From Minisyncoccota bacterium (GTDB lineage Bacteria > Patescibacteriota > Minisyncoccia > Phycocordibacterales > PALSA-1337): a stretch of 64,000 bases of DNA. Every line of letters begins with the position of its first letter. The stretch's first letter is position 1. The stretch lies in the NCBI GenBank assembly GCA_041665325.1, contig JBAYJB010000001.1, forward strand, positions 61,824-125,823, read 5' to 3'. Shown here in pieces: positions 46,246 to 55,948 of the stretch. The position numbers and the translations under genes are program-made. The notes under the pieces are model-generated. The model saw only the letters and a list, made by a program, of their open reading frames with translations. It was not told the DNA's origin and searched no databases.

Positions 46246-46731
46246 TTAGCAAGCGGTGGCTGAAGCTCTTTGCAGGGCAAAAAGGTCGCTGATCATCGTC
46301 TCGACGAGTGCCGCTCGCACTTGGTTTGAACTAAGCGGCTTATGCAAGGTGCACGAACCGAGCTCGCGGAGTTCCCGAGCATTGTAGTTCATGAATGATG
46401 CCGCCATGAAGATCACCTTGGCCGGGTGCCTGCGCCTCTGAAGAGAGCGGGCCATGTCGATCCCTTCACGGCCACCACCCAAGCCGATGAGGATAATATC
46501 CGGATGATAGCTCGTATTCATCAGAGCGAAGGCATCACTGACATTGACCACAGTTTGGATCTCTTGCACACATCTCTGCGGTTCCACATTCCTCTGACCG
46601 TCTTGTTCTGCGCCGTCTTGCTTCTCGACATCAGTCGGTTTGATCAAAAGCTTCAAGAGAAGCTCGCGGGTGGCGGGCTCGCCGTCGACTACCAACAATT
46701 TCAATGCTTTGAGCAGGTCGTTTGCAGGCAT
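46246..46731 (-). CDS. Stand-alone response-regulator receiver (CheY-like) domain protein with an insertion
   Basis: LKLLVVDGEPATREL...PDIILIGLGGG..KVIFMAAS is the receiver-domain pattern. Confidence 0.5.
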   Translation of the reverse strand: MPANDLLKALKLLVVDGEPATRELLLKLLIKPTDVEKQDGAEQDGQRNVEPQRCVQEIQTVVNVSDAFALMNTSYHPDIILIGLGGGREGIDMARSLQRRRHPAKVIFMAASFMNYNARELRELGSCTLHKPLSSNQVRAALVETMISDLFALQRASATAC

Positions 46732-46819
46732 GCTAACTTCCTCCGGGGTTATGGGTTGAGATTATTGAGAACAAAAAACATACTACCGAATAGAATAGTC
46801 GCACCTTTGGGTTTGCAAA

Positions 46820-49081
46820 TCAAGCGGCCTTTTTCTTGAAACCGCGAGTTTTCTTGGGGACGGCGAGCATCTCGAGCGCGCGGGCCATAGTGATAGTGTA
46901 GACATCGTCGGGCACCTTGATCGAACGGAAATCAGTGCCGGCGACTACATATGGGCCAAAGCGGCCGATCGAGGCAGTCACACCGTTGCCAGTCTTCGGG
47001 TCAGTGCCAAGGAGGCGCGGCACACTCAAGTACTTGAGTGCCTCGGCGACGGTCACCGTCGATGGGTCTGTGCCACGCGGGATCGAAGCCATCTTTGGTT
47101 TGACGACAGCCGATTCCGCAGAGGGTACTGGTGTGGTTAAATCCTTTGCCTTCTTTACCTTTTTAACTTTCTTCACCTTCGGCGGCTTCACACCCAGTTG
47201 GACATACGGTCCAAATCGGCCATTCAAGACGAATATCGGCAGACCGGTCGTCGGATCGTTGCCGATCGGCTCGTCCTTCTTGAATTCGTGACCATCGAGC
47301 GTCAGCGCGCCGTCACATTCCGGATACTTAGTGCATGACAGGAATTTGCCGTTGCGTCCGAGCTTGATCTCAAGGGGAGTCGAGCCACACTTGGGACACT
47401 TCCACTTCGGGTCGGCGGCGCCGAGGTTGGTGGCCTTGGCCAGCTTGTCCTTGGACAGGACTTCCTTGTGGAAAGGTCCATAGAACTCCGACAGAGTCTT
47501 GAGGTATGTGCGCGAGCCCTCGGCGATCTCGTCGAGCTTATTCTCCATGTCGGCCGTGAATGAGTCGCTGATATAAGTAGGGAAATATTCCTCGAGGAAT
47601 GAAGAGACGACGTCGCCGGTGTCAGTCGGTCGGAGTGAGCGGTTCTCCTTGGTGACATAGCCGCGATCCTCGATGGTCTTACAGATCGAAGCGTATGTCG
47701 AAGGGCGTCCGATACCGCGCTTCTCGAGCTCCTTGATAAGCCCTGCCTCGGTATATCGGCCCGGTGGCTGAGTCTGCTTCTCCTGTGCATCGATGGAGTC
47801 GAGCTTGAGTGCCTCGCCCTTGGCGCATTTTGGTAGAGTAACTTCCTCGCCGTTGGATTCCGGGTCGGCCTTGAGCCAGCCGGCCGCCAGGACGCGCGAG
47901 CCGGTGGCTTCGAATGCCGGCAGGGAGTCGTCATTGATATTGGCGATGATCTTGCTCCTGGCCATGACGGCGTCGATCATCTGCGAAGCCACAGTGCGCT
48001 GCCAGATCAGACGGTAGAGCTTCTTTTGTTCCTCGGTATGACCGGCATTGTCCTTGTTGAAATGGGTCGGGCGGATGGCTTCGTGCGCTTCCTGGGCATT
48101 CTTGCTTTTGGTAGCGTATTTGCGGAATTGGATATGTCCCTTGCCGTATTTCTTCTCAACGACCGGACCGATCTGGTCAAGGGCCTGCTGGGAGAGGTTG
48201 GTCGAATCGGTGCGCATATAGGTGATATAACCGGCCTCGTAGAGCTTCTGTGCCAGCGACATCGTCCATGAAGGGGCAAAGCCGAGCCGGGTGCTGGCTG
48301 TCTGCTGAAGTGTGGAAGTGATGAAGGGAGCTTTGGGCTGGCGCTTCTGCTCGGACTCCTCGACGTCTACTATATGCCAATCGTTGGCGCGGGCTTTGTC
48401 GAGGATGGCGTCTACCTCCTTCTTGTCGCGCGGTTCTTTGGAGCAAGTGAGGGCGAGCGGGACGCTCGCGGCGGTCTGCCACATACCGGCGATGACCCAG
48501 TAAGTCTCGGGCTGGAAGGCGCGGATCTCCCGTTCGCGTTCCATGATGATGCGCAAGGCGGGGGACTGGACGCGCCCGGCCGAGAGGCCGTAACGGACCT
48601 TCTTCCAGATCAGACCGGAGAGATCGTAACCGACCAAGCGGTCGAGGACGCGGCGGGCCTCCTGGGCCTCGACGAGCTTTTCGTCCACAGCTCGCGGATG
48701 CCCCATGGCTTCGTGCACGGCCTTCTCGGTGATCTCGTGGAAGGCCACGCGCTCGATCTTCTTCTTGACGCTGGCGCCGAGGCGGTCCTTGAGGACTTCG
48801 GAGATATGCCAAGCGATGGCTTCGCCCTCGCGGTCCGGGTCGGTCGCCAGGATGATCTCGTCGGCTCCGGCGGCTTCTTTGGCGATGTCGGCAATGATCA
48901 GCTCTTTCTTGGCCACGACCTCATAGTGTGGCACGAACCCTGCTTCGATATCGATGGCTTTCTTGGCGGACTTGGGGAGGTCGCGGATATGGCCGACCGA
49001 GGCACGTACGACGAAACCGTCTCCGAGATATTTGGAGATGGTCTTGGATTTCGACGGCGACTCGACGATGACCAGTTTCAT
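46820..49081 (-). CDS. topA: DNA topoisomerase I
   Basis: TOPRIM N-terminus (MKLVIVESPSKSKTISKYLG), active-site Tyr region, Zn-ribbon CPKCGS, Lys-rich C-terminus. Confidence 0.9.
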   Translation of the reverse strand: MKLVIVESPSKSKTISKYLGDGFVVRASVGHIRDLPKSAKKAIDIEAGFVPHYEVVAKKELIIADIAKEAAGADEIILATDPDREGEAIAWHISEVLKDRLGASVKKKIERVAFHEITEKAVHEAMGHPRAVDEKLVEAQEARRVLDRLVGYDLSGLIWKKVRYGLSAGRVQSPALRIIMEREREIRAFQPETYWVIAGMWQTAASVPLALTCSKEPRDKKEVDAILDKARANDWHIVDVEESEQKRQPKAPFITSTLQQTASTRLGFAPSWTMSLAQKLYEAGYITYMRTDSTNLSQQALDQIGPVVEKKYGKGHIQFRKYATKSKNAQEAHEAIRPTHFNKDNAGHTEEQKKLYRLIWQRTVASQMIDAVMARSKIIANINDDSLPAFEATGSRVLAAGWLKADPESNGEEVTLPKCAKGEALKLDSIDAQEKQTQPPGRYTEAGLIKELEKRGIGRPSTYASICKTIEDRGYVTKENRSLRPTDTGDVVSSFLEEYFPTYISDSFTADMENKLDEIAEGSRTYLKTLSEFYGPFHKEVLSKDKLAKATNLGAADPKWKCPKCGSTPLEIKLGRNGKFLSCTKYPECDGALTLDGHEFKKDEPIGNDPTTGLPIFVLNGRFGPYVQLGVKPPKVKKVKKVKKAKDLTTPVPSAESAVVKPKMASIPRGTDPSTVTVAEALKYLSVPRLLGTDPKTGNGVTASIGRFGPYVVAGTDFRSIKVPDDVYTITMARALEMLAVPKKTRGFKKKAA

Positions 49082-49240
49082 TGCGGCTAAGTATTACACG
49101 ATAAGCGGCGAAAGTGCAAAAAACTGTCAAGAATTGGTGCCGGTTTTTTGGCCGGTCGGCGGGGAAGAGTATCTCCCCGGCTCAAAAAACTGAAGGCCAT
49201 TTTTGTGTCGTATAATATTTCCTCGTTTCAAACGACCCTT

Positions 49241-49314
49241 ACGTAGTCTATGTTATCAGACCATATTTTTCGGGTTTTGACTTAGAAATTTTTGAGGCCC
49301 GGAGACATACCTCA
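49241..49314 (+). repeat. Conserved intergenic motif, copy C (CAGACCATATTTTTCGGGTTTTGACTTAGAAATTTTTGAGGCCCGGAGACATACCTC) in the dprA-topA intergenic region
   Basis: Same orientation as copies A and B, although here it is antisense to the flanking genes. Confidence 0.55.
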
Positions 49315-49373
49315 TCGGGGATTTGGCATGCACCCTTTCGTCTGCCGCAGTGTGCGTTGTGGTGTTCGCGGCA

Positions 49374-50342
49374 TCAGATTGTTTTTGCCATCCCATCCTC
49401 GGTCTTGATTAGCCCTTCAAGCTCCAAGTAAGAGAGCTTTTCACTGAGCACCTCAGGCTTCACAGCCATCATATCTAACAATTCCTCCAGAGGGGTCTCT
49501 TCTCTCGCAAGCAGGGTATATATCCTCTTAGACAGTTCATCCAACGAATCCTTCCTGTCCTCGATGAGTTTGGCCTTGCGTTCCGCCGCTTCGGTATCGG
49601 ATATATCGAAACCGAGCTCCATGAGTACATCTTCTGCTGATCTGATGAGAGCCGCCCCTCCTCTGATGAGCATATGCGGCCCGTATGAATTATCGGCATT
49701 GATCGGGCCGGGGACGGCATAGACATCACGGTGACACTTCTCGGCATGCTGGGCAGTCATGAGCGACCCCGAACGATATGCTGCTTCGACTACCAGAGTG
49801 GCATGAGACAATCCGGCCATGACCAGATTACGCGCAGGAAATGCCCATTTATTCGTGGGGTAACCAACCTCCCATTGCGATACTACCGCGCCGCCCTGCT
49901 CGACGATACGCTTGGCCAGTATCGTGTGCATTGAAGGATAGATCTGATCCCAGGCCAGGGTTGAACCAGGGAAGGCTATGCAGTGCAACCCAGCTTCGAG
50001 ACCGGCCATGTGAGCGATACTGTCGATACCGATGGCCAGACCGGAAACAATGCTGATAGGATAGCCACGCAGGCCGCTCACGACCTTGTAGACAGCATCA
50101 CGGCCATAAGTACTCCATTTACGGGAGCCGACGATGCACAGATATTTGCGGCCCGGCTCATCCGGATCGCTATCGTCAGGCGCTGGGAAGCGCCCTCTAT
50201 AATAGAGCCTAGCTGGCGGTCCCTTCATATTCTCAAGCGTTATCGGATACGAGCCTCTACGGATCATTTTGATCTCATCCATGTCGATGTGCGCTGGCAG
50301 GTGCGCGGCTAAGGTAATAAAAAATGGCGCCTCTCGGGCCAT
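49374..50342 (-). CDS. dprA: DNA processing protein DprA (Smf)
   Basis: Rossmann-like DprA core ..LCIVGSRKWSTYGRDA.. SGLAIGIDSIAHMAGLEAG. Confidence 0.8.
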   Translation of the reverse strand: MAREAPFFITLAAHLPAHIDMDEIKMIRRGSYPITLENMKGPPARLYYRGRFPAPDDSDPDEPGRKYLCIVGSRKWSTYGRDAVYKVVSGLRGYPISIVSGLAIGIDSIAHMAGLEAGLHCIAFPGSTLAWDQIYPSMHTILAKRIVEQGGAVVSQWEVGYPTNKWAFPARNLVMAGLSHATLVVEAAYRSGSLMTAQHAEKCHRDVYAVPGPINADNSYGPHMLIRGGAALIRSAEDVLMELGFDISDTEAAERKAKLIEDRKDSLDELSKRIYTLLAREETPLEELLDMMAVKPEVLSEKLSYLELEGLIKTEDGMAKTI

Positions 50343-50433
50343 TGCGACCCGCCTATCATAGCACTTTTTTTATCGGTCAAGTATTGCTATGATTAACGGA
50401 CCGCGCGAAACTGCCGGGCCATCGCTAATCCAC

Positions 50434-51699
50434 ATGCTAGACATCAAATTCATCCGCGAAAATAAAGACCTCATCATGGCTGGCGCCAAGAAGAAGCACA
50501 TCGCCTTCGACGTGGCCGAGCTCATCTCCTTCGACGACAAGCGCCGTGCGCTCATGCTGACCGCCGAGACCAAGCGCGCCGAACAGAACGTCGCCAGCAA
50601 CAAGATCGCCAACACCCTGGCCGAAGATGCCCGTACCCGCCTCATCGGTGAGATGAAACTCGTGAAGGCCGACCTCGAACGCTCCGAGAACGAGCTCAAG
50701 GAAGTCATGAAAGTCTGGCAAGACTTGATGCTCCGCGTACCCAACATCCCGGATATGTCAGTGCCCGAGGGTGCAAGCGACGCCGACAATCAGGTTATGA
50801 AGACTTGGGGAGATCAGACCAAGTTCGACTTTGAACCAAAGGATCATATCGAGATCATGAATAAGCTTGGCATACTGGATCTTGAACGCGGCCAGAAAGT
50901 CCACGGCTTTCGTGGATATTATCTGACAGGAGACGCTGTGAAGTTATGCTTCGCAATCTGGAGCTACGCCTTGGATTTCTTCAGCAAGAAAGGTTTTAAT
51001 CCTGTCATGCCACCAATGGTTGTTCGTAAGATCAATTTCTATGGTACGGGACATTTACCTGCTGATGTCGACGATTATTACACGACGCAGGATGGTGACG
51101 GTCTCATTGCCACAGCAGAGATCCCACTCATGGGTCTCCATTCCGATGAAGTGTTGGATATAAAGGACTTGCCCAAGAAGTATCTTGGATTTTCTGCTTG
51201 TTTCAGACGCGAGGCCGGCGCGCACAGCAAAGATGTCAAAGGCCTCATCCGCGTCAATGAGTTCTACAAATTCGAACAGCTCATTCTCTGTGAAGCTAGT
51301 CATGACACTTCTGTAAAATTCCATGAAGAACTTAATCGAAATACAGAGGAGTTCATCGAATCGCTCGGCATCCCATACCATACCGTCAACGCTTGTACGG
51401 GCGATCTGGGCAGGGGTCATGTCAAAATGTATGACATAGAGTTGTGGGTACCCAAGGAGGGTAAATATCGAGAGATTTCCTCAGCTTCCTACTTCCATGA
51501 TTTTCAATCTCGCCGTTGCAACATCCGCTACAAGGACGCCGAAGGCAAGCTCAAGTACTGCCACTCTCTGAACGCCACCGCCATCCCGACCCCGCGCATC
51601 CTGGTCTCGCTCATCGAGAATTTCCAGCAGGCCGACGGCTCCATCAAAGTGCCTGAAGTGCTCGTCAAATATCTGGGTAAGGACACCATCGGCAAATGA
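50434..51699 (+). CDS. serS: Seryl-tRNA synthetase
   Basis: N-terminal coiled-coil arm (MLDIKFIREN..) and class II motifs (FRREAG..; GRGHVKMYDIELWVP). Confidence 0.9.
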   Translation: MLDIKFIRENKDLIMAGAKKKHIAFDVAELISFDDKRRALMLTAETKRAEQNVASNKIANTLAEDARTRLIGEMKLVKADLERSENELKEVMKVWQDLMLRVPNIPDMSVPEGASDADNQVMKTWGDQTKFDFEPKDHIEIMNKLGILDLERGQKVHGFRGYYLTGDAVKLCFAIWSYALDFFSKKGFNPVMPPMVVRKINFYGTGHLPADVDDYYTTQDGDGLIATAEIPLMGLHSDEVLDIKDLPKKYLGFSACFRREAGAHSKDVKGLIRVNEFYKFEQLILCEASHDTSVKFHEELNRNTEEFIESLGIPYHTVNACTGDLGRGHVKMYDIELWVPKEGKYREISSASYFHDFQSRRCNIRYKDAEGKLKYCHSLNATAIPTPRILVSLIENFQQADGSIKVPEVLVKYLGKDTIGK

Positions 51700-52610
51700 A
51701 TGTTCCTAGCCGACTACAAAGCCACTCGACTCAATCAAGCTCTTTTGCCAGAAAGAGGAAACAACGGCACATCATAGGGTGGGGCGCCGGTGCAATCTGC
51801 GTCATCACTTGGCTATACATCTTGGCGCGCTTGTCATATGTGGCGGCATTCGCTATCACCGATATCCACATCTACAGCGCTGATCGCAGTCTCGCGCCAA
51901 CCGTAGAGGAAGCCGCTCATGATATCCTCGGGGGCGCCTATCTAGGATTATTTTCCAAATCCAATAGCCTCATATATCCGAAGAGAGCTCTCTTGAGCGC
52001 CATAGCTTCTTCGTCTCTCCGGATCGGCGCAGTCTCTATGGCTCGCGACGGCTGGCACGGCCTCAATATCTCCGTTTCAGAGCGGCCCGCGGCTGGCATC
52101 GTCTGCCCGAGCCTGCCCAGCTTCGATGAACGGGGCGTGCTCATCCGGGACGAAGATTGCTTCTTTGTCGACGATGACGGTCTGATCTTCCAGCGCGTTC
52201 CCGGAGACGACCACGGCGTATACAACCGTTATTACACTCCGGCCCTGCCGGACGACGCTTCTATCATCGGCTTGCTCGCCACCTCGACGTCCAAGTTCAA
52301 GGCTCTACAGACATTGTTCAACACCACCAAGTCAGCCGGGATCGTGTCGCGAGCCATGCTCATCAAAGACAGCGGTGAATACGAGCTATACGCCGACAAT
52401 CCGGTCGGCGGTGAGACCGGCACATCGAGCCACAAAGGGCCGGTGGTCATATACCTGAGCGACAGGGTTCCGCTTGAGATCGAGATAGACAATCTGGTGC
52501 AATTCTGGAAGAAGATGGTCGAAAAGGCCCGGGTTGCCCGAGCGCGGCTCGAATGGAGTGAGATCAAACTCCAATACCCGCCAAATGTCTTCTGGGTGGA
52601 TACAAAGTGA
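51696..52610 (+). CDS. FtsQ/DivIB-like cell division protein (single TM + POTRA-like region), divergent
   Basis: TM segment (IIGWGAGAICVITWLYIL) followed by ITDIHIYSADRSL...HGLNISVSERPAAGIVC, resembling FtsQ POTRA. The assignment is tentative. Confidence 0.4.
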   Translation: MNVPSRLQSHSTQSSSFARKRKQRHIIGWGAGAICVITWLYILARLSYVAAFAITDIHIYSADRSLAPTVEEAAHDILGGAYLGLFSKSNSLIYPKRALLSAIASSSLRIGAVSMARDGWHGLNISVSERPAAGIVCPSLPSFDERGVLIRDEDCFFVDDDGLIFQRVPGDDHGVYNRYYTPALPDDASIIGLLATSTSKFKALQTLFNTTKSAGIVSRAMLIKDSGEYELYADNPVGGETGTSSHKGPVVIYLSDRVPLEIEIDNLVQFWKKMVEKARVARARLEWSEIKLQYPPNVFWVDTK

Positions 52611-53587
52611 TGAGACAATTCTTTACAATCCTCTTTGGAGGCCTCATAGCCATCGCGACCGGCCTCATCCTAGTCTGGGGGCTATTACAGGCCGGACAAT
52701 GGTTCTCGACGAATATCCTCGGCCTGGACGGTGCTCGCGGCTCCTCATCCGTGGCCGCCGCTGGCATAGCCTCCGGAGCTCTGACGGACCAGAGCACTAT
52801 CTCCGGATTGACCAGGATCATCCGCTATACCGCTTCGGAGGAGGAAGACCTGATCAACAAGACTGCCTTGGCCTTGCCCTCGGGCGCCGACAGCCGGATC
52901 ACCGCCGAGGCCTACATCGTCAAGGATCTGACGACGGGCACGGAAGTAGCGCAATACAACCAAGAGCGGCTGCTGCCGGTGGCTTCACTGACCAAGCTCG
53001 TCACGGCCATGGTCGCCCGGAAATATATCCCCGCTGATGCGCGCATCACGCTCACGGCCGAGGTCATATCCACTTACGGCAATACAGCGCTCTTCCGAGT
53101 TGGGGAGACTTTTGCCGCGAGCGACCTCCTGTATCCGTTGCTCATGGTCTCTTCGAACGACGCCGCCGAGGCCTACGCGCGCCATTTTGGCCGAAAGCAG
53201 TTCGTCCAAGCCATGAATGACTTCGTGCAATCGATCGGTGCCTATCGGACGGTCTTCGAGGATCCTTCCGGACTTTCGCCGCGCAATCAGTCGACGGCTG
53301 TCGATATGGCCATCATCATCGATTGGATCCGCCTTCACGATCCGGAGATCATCTCGATCACAGACCAGAAGAGCAAGACTGTGCGCAACCACACATGGGT
53401 CAACCCGACGCACTTCCTATCCTGGTCATACTATCGCGGCGGCAAGAATGGCTATACGGACGAAGCTGATCGCACTTCGGTCGGACTCTTTGCCATCGGC
53501 CGCAGTCAGGACACCTACGCGGTGGTTGTCCTCGGGAGCGACGACCGCGACGGCGATGTGATAAAGCTACTTAACAAGATCAGATGA
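52607..53587 (+). CDS. D-alanyl-D-alanine carboxypeptidase (S11 peptidase, PBP5-like)
   Basis: SxxK (ASLTKLVTA), SxN (VSSNDAAEA), KTG-like (GGKNGYT). Confidence 0.7.
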   Translation: MMRQFFTILFGGLIAIATGLILVWGLLQAGQWFSTNILGLDGARGSSSVAAAGIASGALTDQSTISGLTRIIRYTASEEEDLINKTALALPSGADSRITAEAYIVKDLTTGTEVAQYNQERLLPVASLTKLVTAMVARKYIPADARITLTAEVISTYGNTALFRVGETFAASDLLYPLLMVSSNDAAEAYARHFGRKQFVQAMNDFVQSIGAYRTVFEDPSGLSPRNQSTAVDMAIIIDWIRLHDPEIISITDQKSKTVRNHTWVNPTHFLSWSYYRGGKNGYTDEADRTSVGLFAIGRSQDTYAVVVLGSDDRDGDVIKLLNKIR

Positions 53588-54537
53588 AGGACTTCTGGAC
53601 AAAACTACCTCGGCCGTTGTTCGTCTTGGCACCCATGGCCAATGTCACCGACAGTGCCTTCCGCAAGCTCATCGCCAAATACGGCAAGCCGGATGTGACG
53701 TGGACGGAATTCGTCTCGGCTGATGGCCTGATCTCGGCGGGCGGCAAGAGACTGCTCGTCGATCTCGAGTACTCCAACGCCGAGCGGCCGATCGTGGCCC
53801 AGCTCTTCACTGGCCATCCCGCAGTCATGAAGAAAGCGGCCGCGCTGGTGAAGAAACTCAAGTTCGATGGTCTAGACATCAACATGGGCTGTCCGGACCG
53901 GTCGGTTGAGAAGCAGGGAGGCGGTGCGGCTATGATCAAGGATCCGAAGAAGGCCATCGAAGTCATCGAGGCGGCTCGTGAAGGTGCAAAGGGGTTGCCT
54001 GTCTCCGTGAAGACGCGTTTGGGGTATAACAAAGTCGATTTTGATTGGATTAAAATTATGCTTGAATTGAAGTTGCCGGCCCTGACCATCCACCTTCGCA
54101 CGCGCAAGGAGATGTCTGATGTCCCAGCGCATTGGGAACTGATGCCGGCTATCGTCAAACTGCGCGACGAGATCAGCCCGAAGACTCTCATCATAGGCAA
54201 TGGCGATGTGGAGTCGTTGGCTGATGGCCAGGCCAAGATCAAGCGCTCCGGGTGCGATGGCGTGATGATCGGCCGTGGCATATTCGGCACGCCGTGGTTA
54301 TTTGAGAAGAAAGCGAAGCAGAGGACGCCTGCCGAACGCTTGAAGGTGATGGTCGAGCATGCCAAATTGTTCGAGAAGAAATTCAAGGGCATCAAGAACT
54401 TCGCCATCATGCGCAAGCACTTCAAGGCCTATGTCTCCGGCTGGGAGGGGGCCAAGGAATTGCGCGTCAAACTGATGGAAACAGAGGATGCCCGAGATGT
54501 CGCATCTGTGGTAAAACAATACCTCGACGCATGTTAA
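53584..54537 (+). CDS. dus: tRNA-dihydrouridine synthase
   Basis: LAPMANVTDSAFRKL.. GLDINMGCPD..IGNGDV (FMN-binding TIM barrel). Confidence 0.85.
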   Translation: MKDFWTKLPRPLFVLAPMANVTDSAFRKLIAKYGKPDVTWTEFVSADGLISAGGKRLLVDLEYSNAERPIVAQLFTGHPAVMKKAAALVKKLKFDGLDINMGCPDRSVEKQGGGAAMIKDPKKAIEVIEAAREGAKGLPVSVKTRLGYNKVDFDWIKIMLELKLPALTIHLRTRKEMSDVPAHWELMPAIVKLRDEISPKTLIIGNGDVESLADGQAKIKRSGCDGVMIGRGIFGTPWLFEKKAKQRTPAERLKVMVEHAKLFEKKFKGIKNFAIMRKHFKAYVSGWEGAKELRVKLMETEDARDVASVVKQYLDAC

Positions 54538-54546
54538 TATAGATAT

Positions 54547-55563
54547 ATGCCCGTCCTCTACCGCACATACCGCCCGCAGAAATGGTCCGAAGTGATGGGC
54601 CAGGCCGACATCGTGGAGACTCTCAAGGATTCCGTTGAGAACAAGCGCACGGCCCACGCATATCTCTTTTCCGGCTCTCGCGGCACCGGCAAGACCACCG
54701 TGGCTCGTATCATGGCCAAGGCCCTGGGCACGGCCGACGAGGACATCTTCGAGATCGACGCCGCCTCCAATCGCGGTATCGACGACATCCGCGCCTTGCG
54801 CGAACATGTCTCGGTGCGACCATTCTCGTCCGCTTTCAAAGTCTATATCATCGACGAGGTGCATATGCTCTCCAAAGACGCCTGGAACGCGCTCTTGAAG
54901 ACGCTCGAGGAGCCGCCGACACATGTGGTCTTCATCCTGGCTACGACCGAGCTCGACAAAGTACCGGAGACGATCGTTTCGCGTTGTCAGACATTTACAT
55001 TCAAGAAGCCAGGCAGGGAAGTTGTTAGGAAACAAGTATTGATGGTCGCTAAGGCCGAAGGGTATGAATTGGATGCCGGAGCTTCAGATCTAATCGCTCT
55101 TTTAGGCGACGGTTCGTTCCGCGATGCCCTAGGAATGCTTGAGAAGGTCTTCGCAGCCAGTTCCGGCAAGAAGATCGCTCGTGCGCAGGTCGAATCCATC
55201 ACCGGTGCCCCGCGGGCCGGGCTCGTCAACAACTTCATCGAACACTTCATCGCCAAGCAAGGGGACGCTGCTCTGGGAGTGCTCGCTAAGGCCGAAGAGG
55301 ATGGGATCTCCTTGAATACCTTCATCACCCTGGTCCTCGAGAAGACGCGTTTCATCTTGCTTGTGCAACATTCCAAGTCCGCCGAAGCTTCCGTGAAGGA
55401 ACGCGTCTCGCCGGACGACTGGGAATTCATCGCCAAGGAGGCAGGGAAGAAGTTCCTCACGCCCGTCATGCTCTCCATGATCCTCGAAGCCGCCGAAGGC
55501 ACCCAACGCGCTCGCATCGAGCAGCTGCCCCTCGAGTTGGCTGTAGTCAAGATCTGTGGTTAA
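54547..55563 (+). CDS. dnaX: DNA polymerase III subunit gamma/tau (short form)
   Basis: YRPQKWSEVMGQADIVETLKDSVENKRTAHAYLFSGSRGTGKTTVARIMAKAL; SRC motif region. Confidence 0.85.
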   Translation: MPVLYRTYRPQKWSEVMGQADIVETLKDSVENKRTAHAYLFSGSRGTGKTTVARIMAKALGTADEDIFEIDAASNRGIDDIRALREHVSVRPFSSAFKVYIIDEVHMLSKDAWNALLKTLEEPPTHVVFILATTELDKVPETIVSRCQTFTFKKPGREVVRKQVLMVAKAEGYELDAGASDLIALLGDGSFRDALGMLEKVFAASSGKKIARAQVESITGAPRAGLVNNFIEHFIAKQGDAALGVLAKAEEDGISLNTFITLVLEKTRFILLVQHSKSAEASVKERVSPDDWEFIAKEAGKKFLTPVMLSMILEAAEGTQRARIEQLPLELAVVKICG

Positions 55564-55584
55564 ATGAAGGTCCTCGTTATTCTT

Positions 55585-55655
55585 TGCGGGATCGTCTAAT
55601 GGTAGGACACGAGCCTTTGAAGCTTGTTATCTTGGTTCGAATCCAAGTCCCGCAG
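55585..55655 (+). tRNA. tRNA-Gln (anticodon TTG)
   Basis: U1:A72 acceptor (TGCGGGA/TCCCGCA), discriminator G, anticodon loop CTTTGAA, T-arm CTTGG-TTCGAAT-CCAAG. Confidence 0.7.
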
Positions 55656-55658
55656 CAC

Positions 55659-55686
55659 TTGACAAAAATATTGGGTATGCTATGAT
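55659..55686 (+). promoter_or_regulatory. Consensus sigma70 promoter TTGACA-N16-TATGAT immediately after tRNA-Gln
   Basis: Perfect -35 and a 5/6 match at -10. Confidence 0.5.
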
Positions 55687-55692
55687 ATCCAC

Positions 55693-55796
55693 GAACTCAA
55701 CAAAGGACACCCGTGACGAATCACAAGAGCTTCACACGCTCGCAATACGACGATTCGTAGTGTGAGCATCAACCCCGGCTAACGCTGGGGTTTTTT
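55693..55796 (+). ncRNA. Candidate small RNA (about 100 nt) bounded by the promoter at 55659..55686 and terminator CCCCGG-CTAACG-CTGGGG + T6; no ORF
   Basis: Internal hairpins (ACGAATC..GATTCGT; GCTTCACAC..GTGTGAGC). No start codon or ORF of meaningful length. Confidence 0.35.
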
Positions 55797-55805
55797 CTTT
55801 GCTAA

Positions 55806-55858
55806 AATAGGTTCCAACTTCGTACCAAACCGCCAGCAAGAAAGAAAATTGTATAATT
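55806..55858 (+). promoter_or_regulatory. Promoter-like module R1 (GTTCCAACTTCGTACCAAACCGCCAGCAAG..N..TATAAT), duplicated at 55949..56002
   Basis: Two copies share GTTCCAACTTyGTwCCArACsGCCrGCAA followed by TATAAT. Copy 1 precedes a 26-codon ORF (55863..55943). Copy 2 sits 6 nt before the ATG at 56009. Confidence 0.3.
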
Positions 55859-55948
55859 TATTATGAAGAATAATAATTACACGGGCGTCAGTATAGGGCA
55901 AGCATATATAGGCTTAACTGTTTTAAGTGTTCATGCTTATTAGAAAAT

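Noticed and set aside
48177-49090. ORFs 48177..48812 (-), 48374..49090 (+) and others inside topA
   Set aside because: Alternative-frame or antisense ORFs inside the topA gene, with Arg/Pro/Gly-rich translations.
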